Shown: positions 37,282 to 49,818 of the stretch, piece after piece
Position numbering within the stretch: the first letter of the stretch is position 1
Layout of the letters: every line of letters begins with the position of its first letter
Origin: Phaeosaccion multiseriatum
Taxonomy: Eukaryota > Protista > Ochrophyta, other classes
NCBI GenBank assembly: GCA_965112735.1
Contig: OZ218965.1
Span: forward strand, 2,108,001-2,172,000
DNA: 64,000 nt
Direction: 5' to 3'
The notes under the pieces: generated by a model
Seen by the model: only the letters and a program-made list of their open reading frames with translations
The model's database searches: none
Told to the model about the DNA's origin: nothing
Translations under genes and position numbers: made by a program

Positions 37282-37769
37282 CGTCAAAGGACCAGTGGAC
37301 CTCCTTCAGAGAGAGCTGTGCACCCCACAGCAGCGGCACCCACCGCAGCAGCTGCCGAACGACTGCACCGAGCCGCTGATGCTTTCAATCCTTCTCTCAG
37401 GCTGAAGCACGAAGACCTCCTAGAGAAAGCAAAAACGGAGCCGAAATTGAAATCAGGCCCCGAAACCACTTGTTCAGGCCTGAATCGTATGCGTTTACAT
37501 TGCGGCAGAGAGAGGGGATGGTGTGCCTCTCGTTGGCAGAGGATGGGCACAAAGAGAGGCAGCAGGAGCGGATCCTTCCTGTGCTTGAGACCGTGGTCGT
37601 CTGCTGCGTTTGTCAGCGCAGCCTTCGCAAGGCATGATGTCGTAAGTCCGCGTCTTTTAGCCCCCCCTCTGTTATTCTTGACACACCCTCGAGCAACGAA
37701 AGAGGCGGATAGTGGGTATAGGAGGTTGCTTATTATACCGCTGGAGGAGTGGAACGAGTGGAAGGAAGC

Positions 37770-40700
37770 ATGGCCTCCATAGAGGCGGCGGCGAAGGCGG
37801 CGGCGCTCGAAGATGGGCTTGTCGTGGACGCCGCCCTTTATAAGCCCCCGCAGACGCTACCTCAGCCGGTCCTGGCGCAGCCGCAGCAGCCGCTGCCACA
37901 GGCCCCGCCGCAGCAACAACAGCCGCTCCAGCAACAGACGCTACTGCAGCAGCAACAGGGTCTATTGCAGCAAGTCACTCCTCAGCCAGCCCAGGTCGCG
38001 CAGCCAGCCCAGGTCGGGCAGCCCGCACAGGTCGCGCAGCAGCAGCAACAACAGCAAGCACAACCACAGCAGGTGCAACAGCAAGCACAACCACAACAAC
38101 AAGCGACAGCACAAGCACAACCACAACAACAAGTAGCACAAGCACAACAAGTAGCACAAGCAGGACAACAACAGCAACAATCACAACAACAAGCAACAGC
38201 ACAAGCGCAACAAGTACAACAATCGCAACAGGTACAACAAACAGCACAGCAACAGCAACAATCTCAACAAATAGCGACAGCACAAGTAGCACAAGCGCAA
38301 CAGGTACAACAAGCAGCACAAGCACAACAACAGCAACAAGTACAACAACAGCAACAAGCAGCACAAGCAGCACAAGTAGCACAAGCACAACAGATACAAC
38401 AGCAACAACAGCAATTGCAGCAGCAGCAGATGCGACAACAACAAGCGCAGCTCCCGGTACCTCAGCCGCTGCTGCCTCCTACGCCGCAGTTTCCGAACTA
38501 CACCGTCGCTGTGCCCGCTCCGAGCTCGAACCGACCCACCGACGCCAGCGCCAGGGGAACCAGCAGCGGCAGCGGAGCGGGGACTGGGAGCAGCAGCGCT
38601 ACCAATAGCACAAAGAAAGGGGTGGGTCTGCGCAGAGGCAAGTGGACGCCTGAGGAAGAGGCGTACGCGAACAGACTGATTCAGGAGTTTAAGAGCGGCC
38701 TCCTGCCCCTGACGGACGGCACCACACTGCGCACCTTCCTCAGCAAGCTGCTGAACTGCGACCCTATGCGCATCAGCAAAAAGTTTGTGGGGAGCAATTG
38801 CATTGGCAAGCAGGTGTTCCGGCGGCGGCAGGCGGAGATGGACCGCCTGACTCCGCGTGACATTGAGCAAAGCCGCAAGGAGCTTGCCGACTTGGAGCGG
38901 AGATTCCTCGAGCGAGTGGCACAGACCAACCGCTGCAAAAACTCAGCGGCCTCTCCCGTGCCCACGTCGCTCAAGGCAGGAGGGAGCACGACCATGCAGC
39001 TGCCTGGCGGGGGCGGAGCGGGTGGGGCCATGGGCGGGCAGCACGCGGGCGGAGGGGGGTTGAGTGGTGGCGGGGCGGCTGGGAATGGGCTAGCAGGGGG
39101 CGCGGGTTCGAATACGAGTCGGCCCAGTGGCTCGCTGGTCCGCAAGCTGGGGCAGGGAGGGACCTACGCAGGCTCGGTGGTTGCTCCCTGGATGCTGCCT
39201 CCGGCACTCATGGCAAGGGCGCAGCAGAACGGCGCTCCACGCACGGTGCAGCAGGGAGGGCTAGCACTTGGACAGGCACTTGGGCAGCACACGGCAGCAG
39301 GGATGCAGGCGGTGGGCAACGCGGCTTTGGGCCCTGCGGGTTCGATGATGCTCATGGCTCCCTCTTTGAGCCCTTTGGCCCCTCTTGGGGGGTTGGTTGG
39401 AGGTGTTAACCAGGTGCTACTGCAACCCAATGGAGCAGCAGCAAACGGCGCGGTTGTGAGGGCGGCAGGGACAGGGCAGCAGCAGCAGTTGGCGCAGTTG
39501 GGCGCCTTGGGGGGGACGGGGTTCTTGATGGGATTGCCTTCGAATCCAGCAGCGGTGCTGGCGGCACCTCTGCCGGCCGCTGGGGCATACATCAAGACCG
39601 AGGGAGTGGGCAGCAGCGCAGGCACGTCACAAGGGGTAGCAGCGGCGCCCGCAGGGACCATGGTGAGCACGGCAACAGGTCCGCAGCAGTTGGTGATACA
39701 GCAGCACCTTGGGGCTCAGACCGCACCCGCACCCGTGGGGGGGGGAGGGGCAGCAGGAGGGGCAGCTGGAGGGGCAGCAGCAGGAGCCGCAGCAGCCGCC
39801 GGAGCAGCGGCAGTCACGGCAGCAGGAGCAGGAGCAGGAATAGGAGCGTCAGCGGACATGCTGCGCACTTGCTCAACAGACGCGCTGGCTTTGTTAGACT
39901 TGCCGCATGTCAGCTCCTGCAACAGTCTCAGCAGCATGGGCATGACGGGGGGCGGATCGGAGGGAGCGAATAGCGCAGAGGGGCTCAGCGGAGCAGGAAC
40001 AGGAACAGGAGCAGTAGGTGAGGGAAAGGGCAGAGCCAAGGACAAGGACTGGATGCCGCTAGGCCAAGACGACGGTTTGCCCGGAGCAAGCTCGGGCTTG
40101 GGGTCCACTCCGGCGGCGGCGGTGGCGAACTTTATGCCGCGCAACACGTCCGTGGAGGACTTTCTCTCTCTTGTGCAGTCTGGAGACATCCCGCCGCCGG
40201 ACCATCACGCCCGAGGGGGCTCGGGGGCCATGTGGAGCGAGGGTTCCGTGGAGTCAGCAGCCGCTCCCACTGCCTCCGCCACGGCATCCGCCTCTGCTGC
40301 GACTGCCACCACTTCCCCTTCCACGACCGCAGCTGCTGCCCCTGCAGCCACGGCGAGCGGGGGGCAGGACGGGATGCAGGGCGGCAGCGGAAATATAGAT
40401 AGCACCGCGACAGTAGCGCCAGTGACAGCGTCAGCGACAGCGTCAGCGACAGCGTCAGCGACAGCGTCAGCCCCCGTCACAGCAGCAGCGCCATCAGCAG
40501 TAACACCAGTAGCAGTCACACCAGTAGCAGTCACAGCAGCAGCACCAGCAGCACCAGCAACTCCCGAGGCAACAGTAGCAGTAGCAGCAGCAGCACCACC
40601 ACCACCACCACCACCAGCAGTAGAAGTAGCGTCAGCATCAGTAGCAGCAGCAGCAGCAGTAGTAGCACGAGCAGCACCAGCAGCACCAGCAGTACCAGCA

Positions 40701-40916
40701 GCACCAGCAGCACCAGCAACTCCCGAGGCACCAGCAACTCCCGAGGCACCACCACCACCAGCAGCAGCAGCAAGAGGAGCAGGGGAGAAGGCGAAGGACG
40801 GCCCATCACCCAAGGGGGGGAGCGCGACGAAGGACAAGGACAAAGCACCTGCTCCAAAGCGGCAGCGGAGCTCTCCCAGGAAGGAAAGGGGCGCAGCGGC
40901 CATGGCCAATCGATAA
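37770..40916 (+). CDS. Stramenopile-type Myb/SANT-like transcription factor with Q/A-rich N-terminus, single exon
   Basis: LRRGKWTPEEEAYANRLIQEFKSGLLPLTDGTTLRTFLSKLLNCDPMRISKKFVG plus a C-terminal SVEDFLSLVQSGDIP motif. Uninterrupted ORF; first ATG at 37770. Confidence 0.88.
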   Translation: MASIEAAAKAAALEDGLVVDAALYKPPQTLPQPVLAQPQQPLPQAPPQQQQPLQQQTLLQQQQGLLQQVTPQPAQVAQPAQVGQPAQVAQQQQQQQAQPQQVQQQAQPQQQATAQAQPQQQVAQAQQVAQAGQQQQQSQQQATAQAQQVQQSQQVQQTAQQQQQSQQIATAQVAQAQQVQQAAQAQQQQQVQQQQQAAQAAQVAQAQQIQQQQQQLQQQQMRQQQAQLPVPQPLLPPTPQFPNYTVAVPAPSSNRPTDASARGTSSGSGAGTGSSSATNSTKKGVGLRRGKWTPEEEAYANRLIQEFKSGLLPLTDGTTLRTFLSKLLNCDPMRISKKFVGSNCIGKQVFRRRQAEMDRLTPRDIEQSRKELADLERRFLERVAQTNRCKNSAASPVPTSLKAGGSTTMQLPGGGGAGGAMGGQHAGGGGLSGGGAAGNGLAGGAGSNTSRPSGSLVRKLGQGGTYAGSVVAPWMLPPALMARAQQNGAPRTVQQGGLALGQALGQHTAAGMQAVGNAALGPAGSMMLMAPSLSPLAPLGGLVGGVNQVLLQPNGAAANGAVVRAAGTGQQQQLAQLGALGGTGFLMGLPSNPAAVLAAPLPAAGAYIKTEGVGSSAGTSQGVAAAPAGTMVSTATGPQQLVIQQHLGAQTAPAPVGGGGAAGGAAGGAAAGAAAAAGAAAVTAAGAGAGIGASADMLRTCSTDALALLDLPHVSSCNSLSSMGMTGGGSEGANSAEGLSGAGTGTGAVGEGKGRAKDKDWMPLGQDDGLPGASSGLGSTPAAAVANFMPRNTSVEDFLSLVQSGDIPPPDHHARGGSGAMWSEGSVESAAAPTASATASASAATATTSPSTTAAAAPAATASGGQDGMQGGSGNIDSTATVAPVTASATASATASATASAPVTAAAPSAVTPVAVTPVAVTAAAPAAPATPEATVAVAAAAPPPPPPPAVEVASASVAAAAAVVARAAPAAPAVPAAPAAPATPEAPATPEAPPPPAAAARGAGEKAKDGPSPKGGSATKDKDKAPAPKRQRSSPRKERGAAAMANR

Positions 40917-41638
40917 CACGGGCGGGTACTTGCCATGCCATTGTCAGGCATCGCGAATATACTGACAAATAGATACGAAGTACAAAATAAATCTTGCTGT
41001 TCCTTCTTATACTATACACATCACTCGTCTCCTATCCAAAGAGAAACGGTAAAGAATCTTCTATGCCTAGGGGAGAAGGGGGGCCCCTCATCTTACCTCG
41101 CTACCACCCCCCCTGCCATGACAAGAAAGCCAACAAATTAGAGCGGTGACGCGGGCAGCGGGGGCACCTGTCTCTTGTTGCACAAGCTTCAAGCTTCCCT
41201 CGCTTCTGCATAAGCACGACCGGAGTCGACGCATTTCATCAGGCTATGATGCCTTACCCCACAGGGGTGTCATCACCTGATGGAAGTGAGTGGGTCGGCT
41301 CCGGAGCTGCTTAGCTAGTACAGCTGCTTCCTCAGAAGCGAGGGAGACGCGGCAACAATGCGCAACGCACCGACCCGCTCTCCGCTCTCCACCCTCCGCC
41401 CTCCACCCTCCGGCCCCCGCGCTCACAACGCCAAGTCCCACGACTCCACCACCGCCCACCGCCACGACCACTACCGCTCGAGACATTCGAGAAGGGGGAG
41501 GGACGGAGCTGCTCTCCTGCCGCTGCTGGAGCTGCTGTATCACCAACTGCTGGAGCTGCTGGATGATGGACCCTACACTCCTCCTCTGCCCTCTGCCCTC
41601 TGCCCACTAACACAGCCTCCCGCCTCCAGCCGACCTTG

Positions 41639-41674
<36 letters not shown>

Positions 41675-41682
41675 CCAAAGCC

Positions 41683-42505
41683 TCAGTCGAAGCGAGTTGT
41701 CTTGGCGACCTTGGCCGGGGGCGCAAAGTTACTCCAGTCCCTTTGACCAAACATGAGTGTGCGCTCGATGCCCAGCTTCCTCTGCAAGTAGCGTTTCTTC
41801 TCCATGGAGGCCCAGAACGGAACGGGGTCCCACTCGAAGAAAGGGATCTGTACCACCTCGTAGTGCAGAGAGCGCAGGATGCGGTGCTTCAGCTCCGTAG
41901 GACCGAGGTTGCGGCGTGTGTTGCGTGTGAAGTGGTCGGGCCCGTCGATCTCCACGGCCACGCGCATCTCCACCTGAGGGGCACAGAAAGAGTGAGTGGT
42001 GAGGGCGTGCGAGAGTGAGTTTGTGGTCACTGGGCGAGACTGAATGAGTGAGTGAGTGAGTGAGTGAGTGAGGTAAGTCAGCAAAGTGGAGAGAGCAAGA
42101 GAAGGCAAGGAGAGGACCCGGGGCCAGATGTGTGGCCCACACGCTCGGTTCGTTGCAATACACATATGAATCGATCGAAAAACTGTCGGCTCAAGACAGG
42201 GAAGGATTCACTCCCGCCCATACGAGAGCTCAGCAGGGAAGGAGGAGAGAGAGAGAGGGAGAGGGAGGAGAGAGAGAGAGGGAGAGGGAGGAGAGAGAGA
42301 GAGAGAGGGAAAGGGAGGAGAGAGAGAGAGGGAGAGGGAGGAGAGAGAGAGAGAGAGAGGGAGACAATGATGGTTGTAACGTTGAGCGCTTGTGCCTTGC
42401 GCGCCACACGTTGCTGGTGGGCAAGCATGCATGAACATGCAAAGCCCAAAAGACGCAACACAGAGCAATTTCAAAGGAGATGAAAGCACTCTGTTGAAAG
42501 TCGCC

Positions 42506-42536
<31 letters not shown>

Positions 42537-44156
42537 GCACGCACACACACACGCACGCACACACGCACCTGCTCTGACGCAGTTCCAGCGGCGGCCGTGG
42601 CAGCGACCACAGAAGAAGAGGGCTCCACATCTCCGGCGGCGGACAGAGGCAGAGCAGAGTCGCCAGAGCCATCGCTCGAGACGTCGGTAGAGGCCGCGGC
42701 TGATGCAGCGGCAGGGTCCAGTTCCACAGCCTCACTACTACGACAACCACTAGAGTCAATACGACTAACACCATTGTCACGACCACTGTCGCTGCTGCCC
42801 TTGCTGCCCTTGCGCCCGCCGAATACCCTCCCCCCTTCCTTGAAGACCCGCCCCCCGTCCTTGATGCCCACCCCGACGATGGAGATGTCAATGTCGTGAG
42901 AGCACTCATTGCAGTGCTGAACGCGCATGAGCAGAAGCATCTTGGACACGCTCAAGTGACGCATGCTCGACCTCTTGTGGCGAGCCTTCTCCGCGGCCCA
43001 AGCGTCGCGCAGGCGGCACAAGAAGCGGTCCGAGACCTGCTTGAAGGCCAGCGGGATGACGGACGAGTACACCAGCCACACCTGACAGAGAGGGAGAGAG
43101 AGAGAGAAGAGAGACAGAGAGACAGAGACAGAGACAGAGACAGAGACGGAGACGGAGACAGAGAGAGGGGGGGGAGACAGAGAGAGACAGACAGAGGGAA
43201 AAAGAGACAAGAGAGAGAAGCGAGAGAGAGAAGAGGGAGACAGAGAAGAGAGACACATACAGAGAGGGGGGGGGGGAATTCGCCCAATAGGAATGAGTGA
43301 GTGCACAGACGAACACAAGAGGGCATAGCACACTAGGGTCGGGGGGCGGGGGCGGGAGTGGCCAACCGACCAACCGGTCTACCTGATAGAGCTGCCGCAT
43401 CTCCATCTCCGGAACCTCCTCTTCCCTCTCCTCGAGCTGACGGAAGATGGCGCCAATCAGTCCCGCCTCGGGCAGCTCGAGCACGGCAAGCGCCCATGCA
43501 AGATTGGCCAGCTCCTGCATGCGAGAAGGAGCGAAGTTGGGTAGTTGGTGGTATGCCAGGGGGTGGCGGGGGGTGACGCAGATAGGTTGGTTACAGCGCG
43601 GCAAGCGTGCGAAACAGAGTGGTGCCACCCTTCCCCGTTCCACACCCTCAAGCCACAGTTTCAAAAGGGATTTTGGCTTCTCCTCTCCGACCCCTCACCC
43701 CTCAAGTCCCAAAATCATACACACATACACACGCTCACTCACACCCACCCACACACACACACACTCACCCACCCACCCACCCACACACACACACCCACAC
43801 ATACACACACCCACACCCACACACCTGCACTTTCATGCCCCCCCTCTGCACGGCCGGTCCCACTGCCCTGGGCAGGGCCTTGAGGAAGGCTGCGTCCTTA
43901 AAGTCGAGGCGAGCGAAGGCCCACGCCATGTTGCTGAGCTCCCTCGCAGAGAAGCGCCGCACCCCCCTGCACACGTGCTGCGCGAGGAGGGACAGGAGCT
44001 CCGCGTCGTCCCAACCCATCTTCGCCATACCTGTGCGTGTGTGTGAGAGAGGAATAGGGAGAGAGAGAGAGAGAGAGAGAGGGGGAGAAGAGAGAGAGAG
44101 AGGGAGAGGGAGAGAGAGAGGGGGAGAGGGAGAGGGAGAAGAGAGAGGGAGAGGGA

Positions 44157-44202
<46 letters not shown>

Positions 44203-46377
44203 TGCGCCGATATGGGGAGCGTGTGTGTGAGTGGGTGTGAGAGAGCAGAACAGAGAGGGTGAAAAGAAAAACTGAGAAAGAGAGAGAGAGAGAGATAATG
44301 CATGTTTATGCTTGTGTGAGAATGATGGAGCAAGAGGCTCCTATGTGGCCGGCCCCACTCAACCGCTCCACTCCACCTTCCCTCCCCTCTCACCTATGAG
44401 CACCTCCGCGGTGTCCTGCGTGTTGTAGCTCTGAATGCCCTCCTTGGCCGCAGGCACCACCACCTGCATGACCCTCACAGCGCTCTCCTCCACCTGCCAG
44501 TAGCGGGACAGGTGTACACCAAAGGCCCACGCCAACATGCTCGCGTCCTGGGGGCTCAGCCAGCAGGCTGCTCTCGCGCTACTCGCACTGGCCTGCCGCT
44601 GCCGTTCGCTCTGTTCTTGCCTGCGCTGCACCCCGTCGGCGATGGCTTCACTGACGGGCACTGAGAGGTGTCCGTACGAGGCATAGCTCCACGCCAGCGT
44701 CGCCAACTCCTGCATCTTGAGCAGCGGAGATGAACCCTCCCCGCCCACCCCCACCCTCGGGCTGCTGCCCACACCGGTGTCCGTCCGTGCTTCCCCGACT
44801 TCCCCCGCACTTTCCTTCTCCGCCGCTGCTACTGCCGCCTCCGCCTCCAGCAGCTGCACTGTTCGCACCGCCACGGCCTCGAACAAATCGTCAACATGCC
44901 CCAAAGCAAGGGACCTTTGCATTACCGGCCTCCGCGTCCAGTTGCCCTTCTTGGCCTTCTCTTGTCGCTGCTGCTGCTGCCCCTTCTTCTTGACGTTCAT
45001 CCCGCCCGTTCCACCCTCTCCTTGCCTCTCCTGCTGTTGCTTCTGCCCACCCCCTGTTCCTCTCCTACTCTTTGCCACGTTGGCAGTCCTGACCGTGTCT
45101 CTCTCCCTCTGCCGCCTGTGTCCAAAGCACGAGGCGAACGCCCAGGTGATCATGCTCAGCTCCTGAGGATTACACTCCTTCACGCTGCTCTTGGCTGTAC
45201 TGCCGCTGCTGCCGTGGTCCTCCTCTGCCCCACCCCGGACTGTGCCCAGTAACGACTCTGTGAACTGCACCGCAATCTTGTACATTACCCTGCTCCAGGC
45301 ATCACCGTAGGCGAGGTCCTGCTGGTCCTGCTGCTGGTCCTGCTGCCGCTCCTGCCGCATCAGCCGCACCGAAGGGGCTACTTTGGCCAAACCCCATGAC
45401 ATGTTTGCGAGGTGCCGGGGCGTGAACACGCCCGCATCTAGCAGATGGGACACTACCACGAGAAGGCGGGAAAAGAGCTCCTGCTCAGTAGGAGTGAACA
45501 CATCGATGCTGCCCTCCATACCACCGCCCCTCCTTGCGTAGATCAGCTTACCCACACGGTGAATGCTCGTGGCCACGTTAACATGATTGCAAGCTCCGGG
45601 GTTGGCGAGTACCAGCTCCATGACCTGCCCAGGGGTGGAGGCGGCCAGAATCCTCGCCTGCACCTTCTGGGATACGTCTCTCTTGGCGCAGTACCACCTG
45701 GCCTGCCCGTCCTTGGCGCCCTGATTGGCATCGGCGCCAGGACTACTGAGGCTCTCGCTCCACTGGCGCCCGTTCTTCTTGTATAAGGAGATGACGCTGC
45801 TGCTTGCCTCCCTCCTGCCGTGCTCTGCGTGCCGACTCGACTTGGGTTTGGACTTAGCTTTCAGTGGTTCCTGATCTTCATGCTGGTTGCGGTGCCGCAA
45901 CATGCTAAGCTGCTGCAGCAGGCTTTCACTCCGACCCGACTGCTGTTGTTGTTGCTGCTGCTGCTGCTTCTCATACTCCTCCCTGCCTCGGTCCCGCCTT
46001 AGCACACTTCCTTGCGTTTCCTCGAGCACCCGCGACACTCCTCGACTGCTCCTGCTCCTGCAACCGCTTCCCGAGGTCCTGCCTCCCACACTGTTGACCA
46101 AATTGCCTCCCCTCTGTCGGCAGCGAGCACTTTCTGAGAGGCCATGATCTCGCTCGGTGCGCTCTCTTCTTGGTACCGCTGGAGCAAGTGCCAGGGAGCT
46201 CCCCTTTCGTGCGCCCTGTGCTGCGGCAGAGGGGCCAAGTCGAGGAGCAGGGCCCAGCAGCAACGCATCCGCTCGCAGAGGGCCATGTGAGGTGCTGCAG
46301 AAGGCGGCCGCGGCGGCTGCAAAGCTGTAGCATCTATGCGCGTGGACGCCAACTGGCGCGCTCCTCTTCCTCCTCAT
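41683..46377 (-). CDS. OPR/FASTK-like helical-repeat RNA-binding protein with C-terminal RAP domain (organellar RNA processing)
   Basis: Repeats FTPRHLANMSWGLAK, NPQELSMITWAFA, MQELATLAWSYA, SPQDASMLAWAFG, FSARELSNMAWAFARL, MQELANLAWALAVL; RAP motif VAVEIDGPDHF..TELKHRILRSL.YEVVQIPFFEW (41683-41973). Start could alternatively be the ATG near 46449. Confidence 0.9.
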
Positions 46378-46645
46378 CCCCTTCCTTCCTCTTGCCACTC
46401 TATCATTTTCGAGGAAAACGCCTTGCGAGCTGCCCTCTGGCCCAATCATGGCCCTCACTAGCACTTGCGCCAGTGGGCAAACAGCTTGCGCCTCTGTTCT
46501 TCAGCTCTTGATCCTCTTGTCAGCCATAAAAAGGATGAGCCAAATTGAAGGGGCGGATCAAGCTGGGCATGAGCCCGTCTCGGAAACCTTCTTTTCGATA
46601 TTTATTTTTTGGAGTTTGCCCTTCCACCCCCCCTGTGAAGGGCGT

Positions 46646-47708
46646 ATGGCCGCCTTAGGGAGCATCGCGAGGCGAGGGATTCGTGCCTCTAGCAACAAGA
46701 GAAGAGGATTCGTACCGCTGAGCTCTCGTCAACTCTCTTCCGCGCGCGCTTTCGGAATTGCATTCGACATTGACGGAGGTACGCGATACGCCCGAGAGGG
46801 AGACGGAGAGAAGGGAAAAAGAACAAGTAGAGATAGATAGATGGAGATATATACAGACAGAGAGAATGAAAGAGAGAGAGGGAGGAAGAGAGGAGAGCAA
46901 GAGAGTGGGGAAGGGTGAAAAGAGGGGAAGGGGGAGATGCGTGGAGGGATGGAGAGAGAGTGAGACATACATATATAGAAAGACGCGAATAGAGAGCACG
47001 AGAGAGGTGCGAGGAGAAAGAGAGAGATTGAGAGATGTAGAGAAAGGTTTGCTCAACCTTCTCCCTGATCGCCGCTCCTTGCATCGCAGTCCTACTCAGG
47101 GGCAGCAAGACTATCCCCGGGGCAGCGGACAGCCTGAAGTTGCTGGAGCGCCACAATGTGCCTTTCATATTCCTAACCAATGGCGGAGGCTGTACCGAGG
47201 CACACAGAGCCAAGCAGCTCACAGACAAGTTCGGCATGGAGATAGACAAGAGTCGAGTGTGTCTGTCGCACTCACCCATGAGGGAGCTGCGCGGCCGCTA
47301 TTGCGACAAGAGGGTGCTGGTGCTTGGCAACAACGCTCCGCAGATAGCCTCGGAGGACCTTGGGCTGAACAAGGTAGGTGCGCTGCGCTCACGGCTCAGC
47401 TTCCCTTGCCCTTTGGTGCCGAGGGGTGTCCCTCCGACTGAGCTGTGCCCTGCCCTGCCCTGTCTCATCCCGTCCCGTCTCATCCCTCATCCCGTTACAA
47501 CCCCAGGTGGTGACGGTGGAGCAGTTAGTGCGCGAGCACGAGCACATCTACCCGTTTGCGACCAAAGACTTTTACGTGCCGCGCAACTTTGCCTATCAGC
47601 CCGACCTCACGGAGCACCACAAGGAGCCCGTAGAGGCCGTCATGGTGCTGCATGATCCTCTGGACTGGGTACGTCGAAGGGATGAGTATAGCTTTCGCTT
47701 GCTGCTTC

Positions 47709-47750
<42 letters not shown>

Positions 47751-48974
47751 GCTGGAGGTCCCTGTCTTCGTGCTCGTCCACCTCCTCCTGCTGCTGCTGC
47801 CGATTCTGCCCTCCCTTGGCTGAGCTCCATCCCGACTTGAGCCCAGTGCGCTTGCCCTCACACGATGCATTAGATACCCCAACACCACTGCTCCCTCCTC
47901 ACCTACCTCCCCCCCCTCCCCTTTCCTTGTCAGGCCGTGGAGGTACAAGTCGTGCTGGATGTGCTCAAGGGCGTGTCCTTGCCCCCCGGCACAGCCGAGC
48001 AAGTGGGCAAGCAGACCCCCCTCTACATCTCGAACGCCGACTTTGTGTTTGCAGCTCAGTACCCGGAGAACCGCCTCGCAGCCGGGGCCTTCACAGACAC
48101 CGTCAAGCTGCTGTATGAAAAGCTCTACAAGGCGCCGTGCCAAGTGACCGAGTACGGCAAGCCCTCACTCCCCACCTTCCGCTACGCTGAGAAGGCGCTG
48201 GCCAAGTGGTCGGGAGGTCCGACGGTGAGTAGACGCTTGAGTGACCACGCGACACATGCTCTGCGGGGCTTTGGGTGCGTGGTGGTGTGGTGGTGGTGGT
48301 GGTGTGGTGGTGTGGTGATGTGGTGGTGGTGATGTGGTGGTGGTGGTGTGGTGGTGTGGTGTGGTGGTGGGGTGGTGGTGTGGTGTCGCTCTCTCTTTCA
48401 CTCGAATTGGGAGGGTGTGCACAGGCGCGCCACTCAGTGAGGGGATGCTCTGCTAGGGCCAGCTGTGCTGCCCTTCCTCCCTCATCGTACACCTGTCCTG
48501 TCCATCGTGCCCAACGTGTGTGCATGGGCAGGCTCCTGAGCGACTCTACATGGTGGGAGATAACCCCGCAGGAGACATCAGGGGAGCCAACGAAGCAGGC
48601 GACCAGTGGAGCTCTGCCCTGCTTCGCACCGGTGTGTGGAAAGGAAGAGACAATGACGAGGAGGTGAGGCAGTGGGGTTAGTTAATTTCCAGCTTCAGTT
48701 TCCAGGCCCGTCTGTCTGGTATGTGTGCGCGTGCGCCTGATGTGATGACTGAGCACTCCTACCGCCCCTCTCTCTCTCCCGCTCTCTCTCTCTCTATCTA
48801 TCTATCAATCTATCTATCTATCCATCTATCTATCTATCCATCTGTCTATCTCTCTTTTCTCTCTTTTCTCTCTCCCCTGCCCTGTGGCCTTTGCAGAACC
48901 CTGCTGATGTCGTGTTCGACGACGTGAATGCCTTTGTGGAGTGGGTGCTCAGGAGGGAGGCTATCACCGGCTGA
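46646..48974 (+). CDS. HDHD5: HAD class IIA hydrolase, HDHD5/CECR5 family, with mitochondrial-type presequence
   Basis: FGIAFDIDG|VLLRG, PFIFLTNGGG, SHSPM, SNADFVFA, YGKP..TFRYAE, YMVGDNPAGDIRGAN, LLRTGVW. Arg-rich N-terminus MAALGSIARRGIRA. Ends REAITG*. Confidence 0.92.
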
Positions 48975-49515
48975 GGCAATGACGCTTGTGGAGTGGGTTA
49001 GCCCCCCCCCCCCTCCCTACTCCCCCTCACCACCGCAATGAGCGACTACTGTGTCGGCTTGGCGCATTGCCCGTGCGCAGACTTGTTACAGTTTCACATG
49101 CTCGTTACAGGCTGTGACAGTTACACAGGCCTGCGACCGCTTCGAGGCGGCGGATGAAGGCCCAATCCGTGGACACGCACACCGCGCTACCTCTGGGTCG
49201 CACATCGGCCGCGGGTGCGACAAAGAGCACACACCATCCCGTCCATATGGCTCGGGCCTCCTCCTGCCTGCCCGGAGTCGAAACCGCGTTAACGTTCCCG
49301 TGGGCGCTCCGCAAGGAACGGATAGTACTGCAGGCGCGAGGACCGATTGAAGGATGACAATGACGTGGTTTGGGGGGAGGGGCGCCCTCTCACTCATGCA
49401 CACCGCCCGCCTGCCAGCCTACCTGCGCTCAGCTGCTGCAGACACCCTCCAATCGGTCGTCGCACCTGAGATCGGCTCCAGACGGTTCTGAGATCGGCTC
49501 CAGACTGTTCTGAGA

Positions 49516-49666
49516 TCGGCTCCAGATTGGACTAAAAACCTATGCCCTAGGCCTAGGCCGGCGGCCGTTGGCCGCTCTAGGCCGGCCATTTTTTCTCCCT
49601 AGACTGGCGGTTCTAGGCCTAGGCCGTTACACCCCCCCCCCGGTTTATAGTCCAGTCTGGAGCTGA
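49516..49666. mobile_element. 151-bp MITE-like element with 25-bp TIRs and an apparent 6-bp TSD (CTGAGA)
   Basis: Left TCGGCTCCAGATTGGACTAAAAACC (49516-49540); right reverse complement TCAGCTCCAGACTGGACTATAAACC (49642-49666), 22/25 identical. CTGAGA at 49510-49515 and 49667-49672. Internal CTAGGCCTAGGCCG motifs. Confidence 0.75.
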
Positions 49667-49818
49667 CTGAGAAGAGAGAAGGAAGACTGTTCGTTACGTC
49701 ACCAACACACAGTTCAATTTCAGTTTCAGCTAGTGCGTCCAAACGTTGGTTCTCCAAGGATCACAGGGATTTCCGTTGGCGCCCCTTTTGCATTTTATAT
49801 GGTACAGGACAGATAATA

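Noticed and set aside
49466-49530. Three 22-bp direct repeats as a mini-CRISPR or iteron set
   Set aside because: No spacers; better explained as duplicated TSD+TIR junctions of the adjacent MITE.
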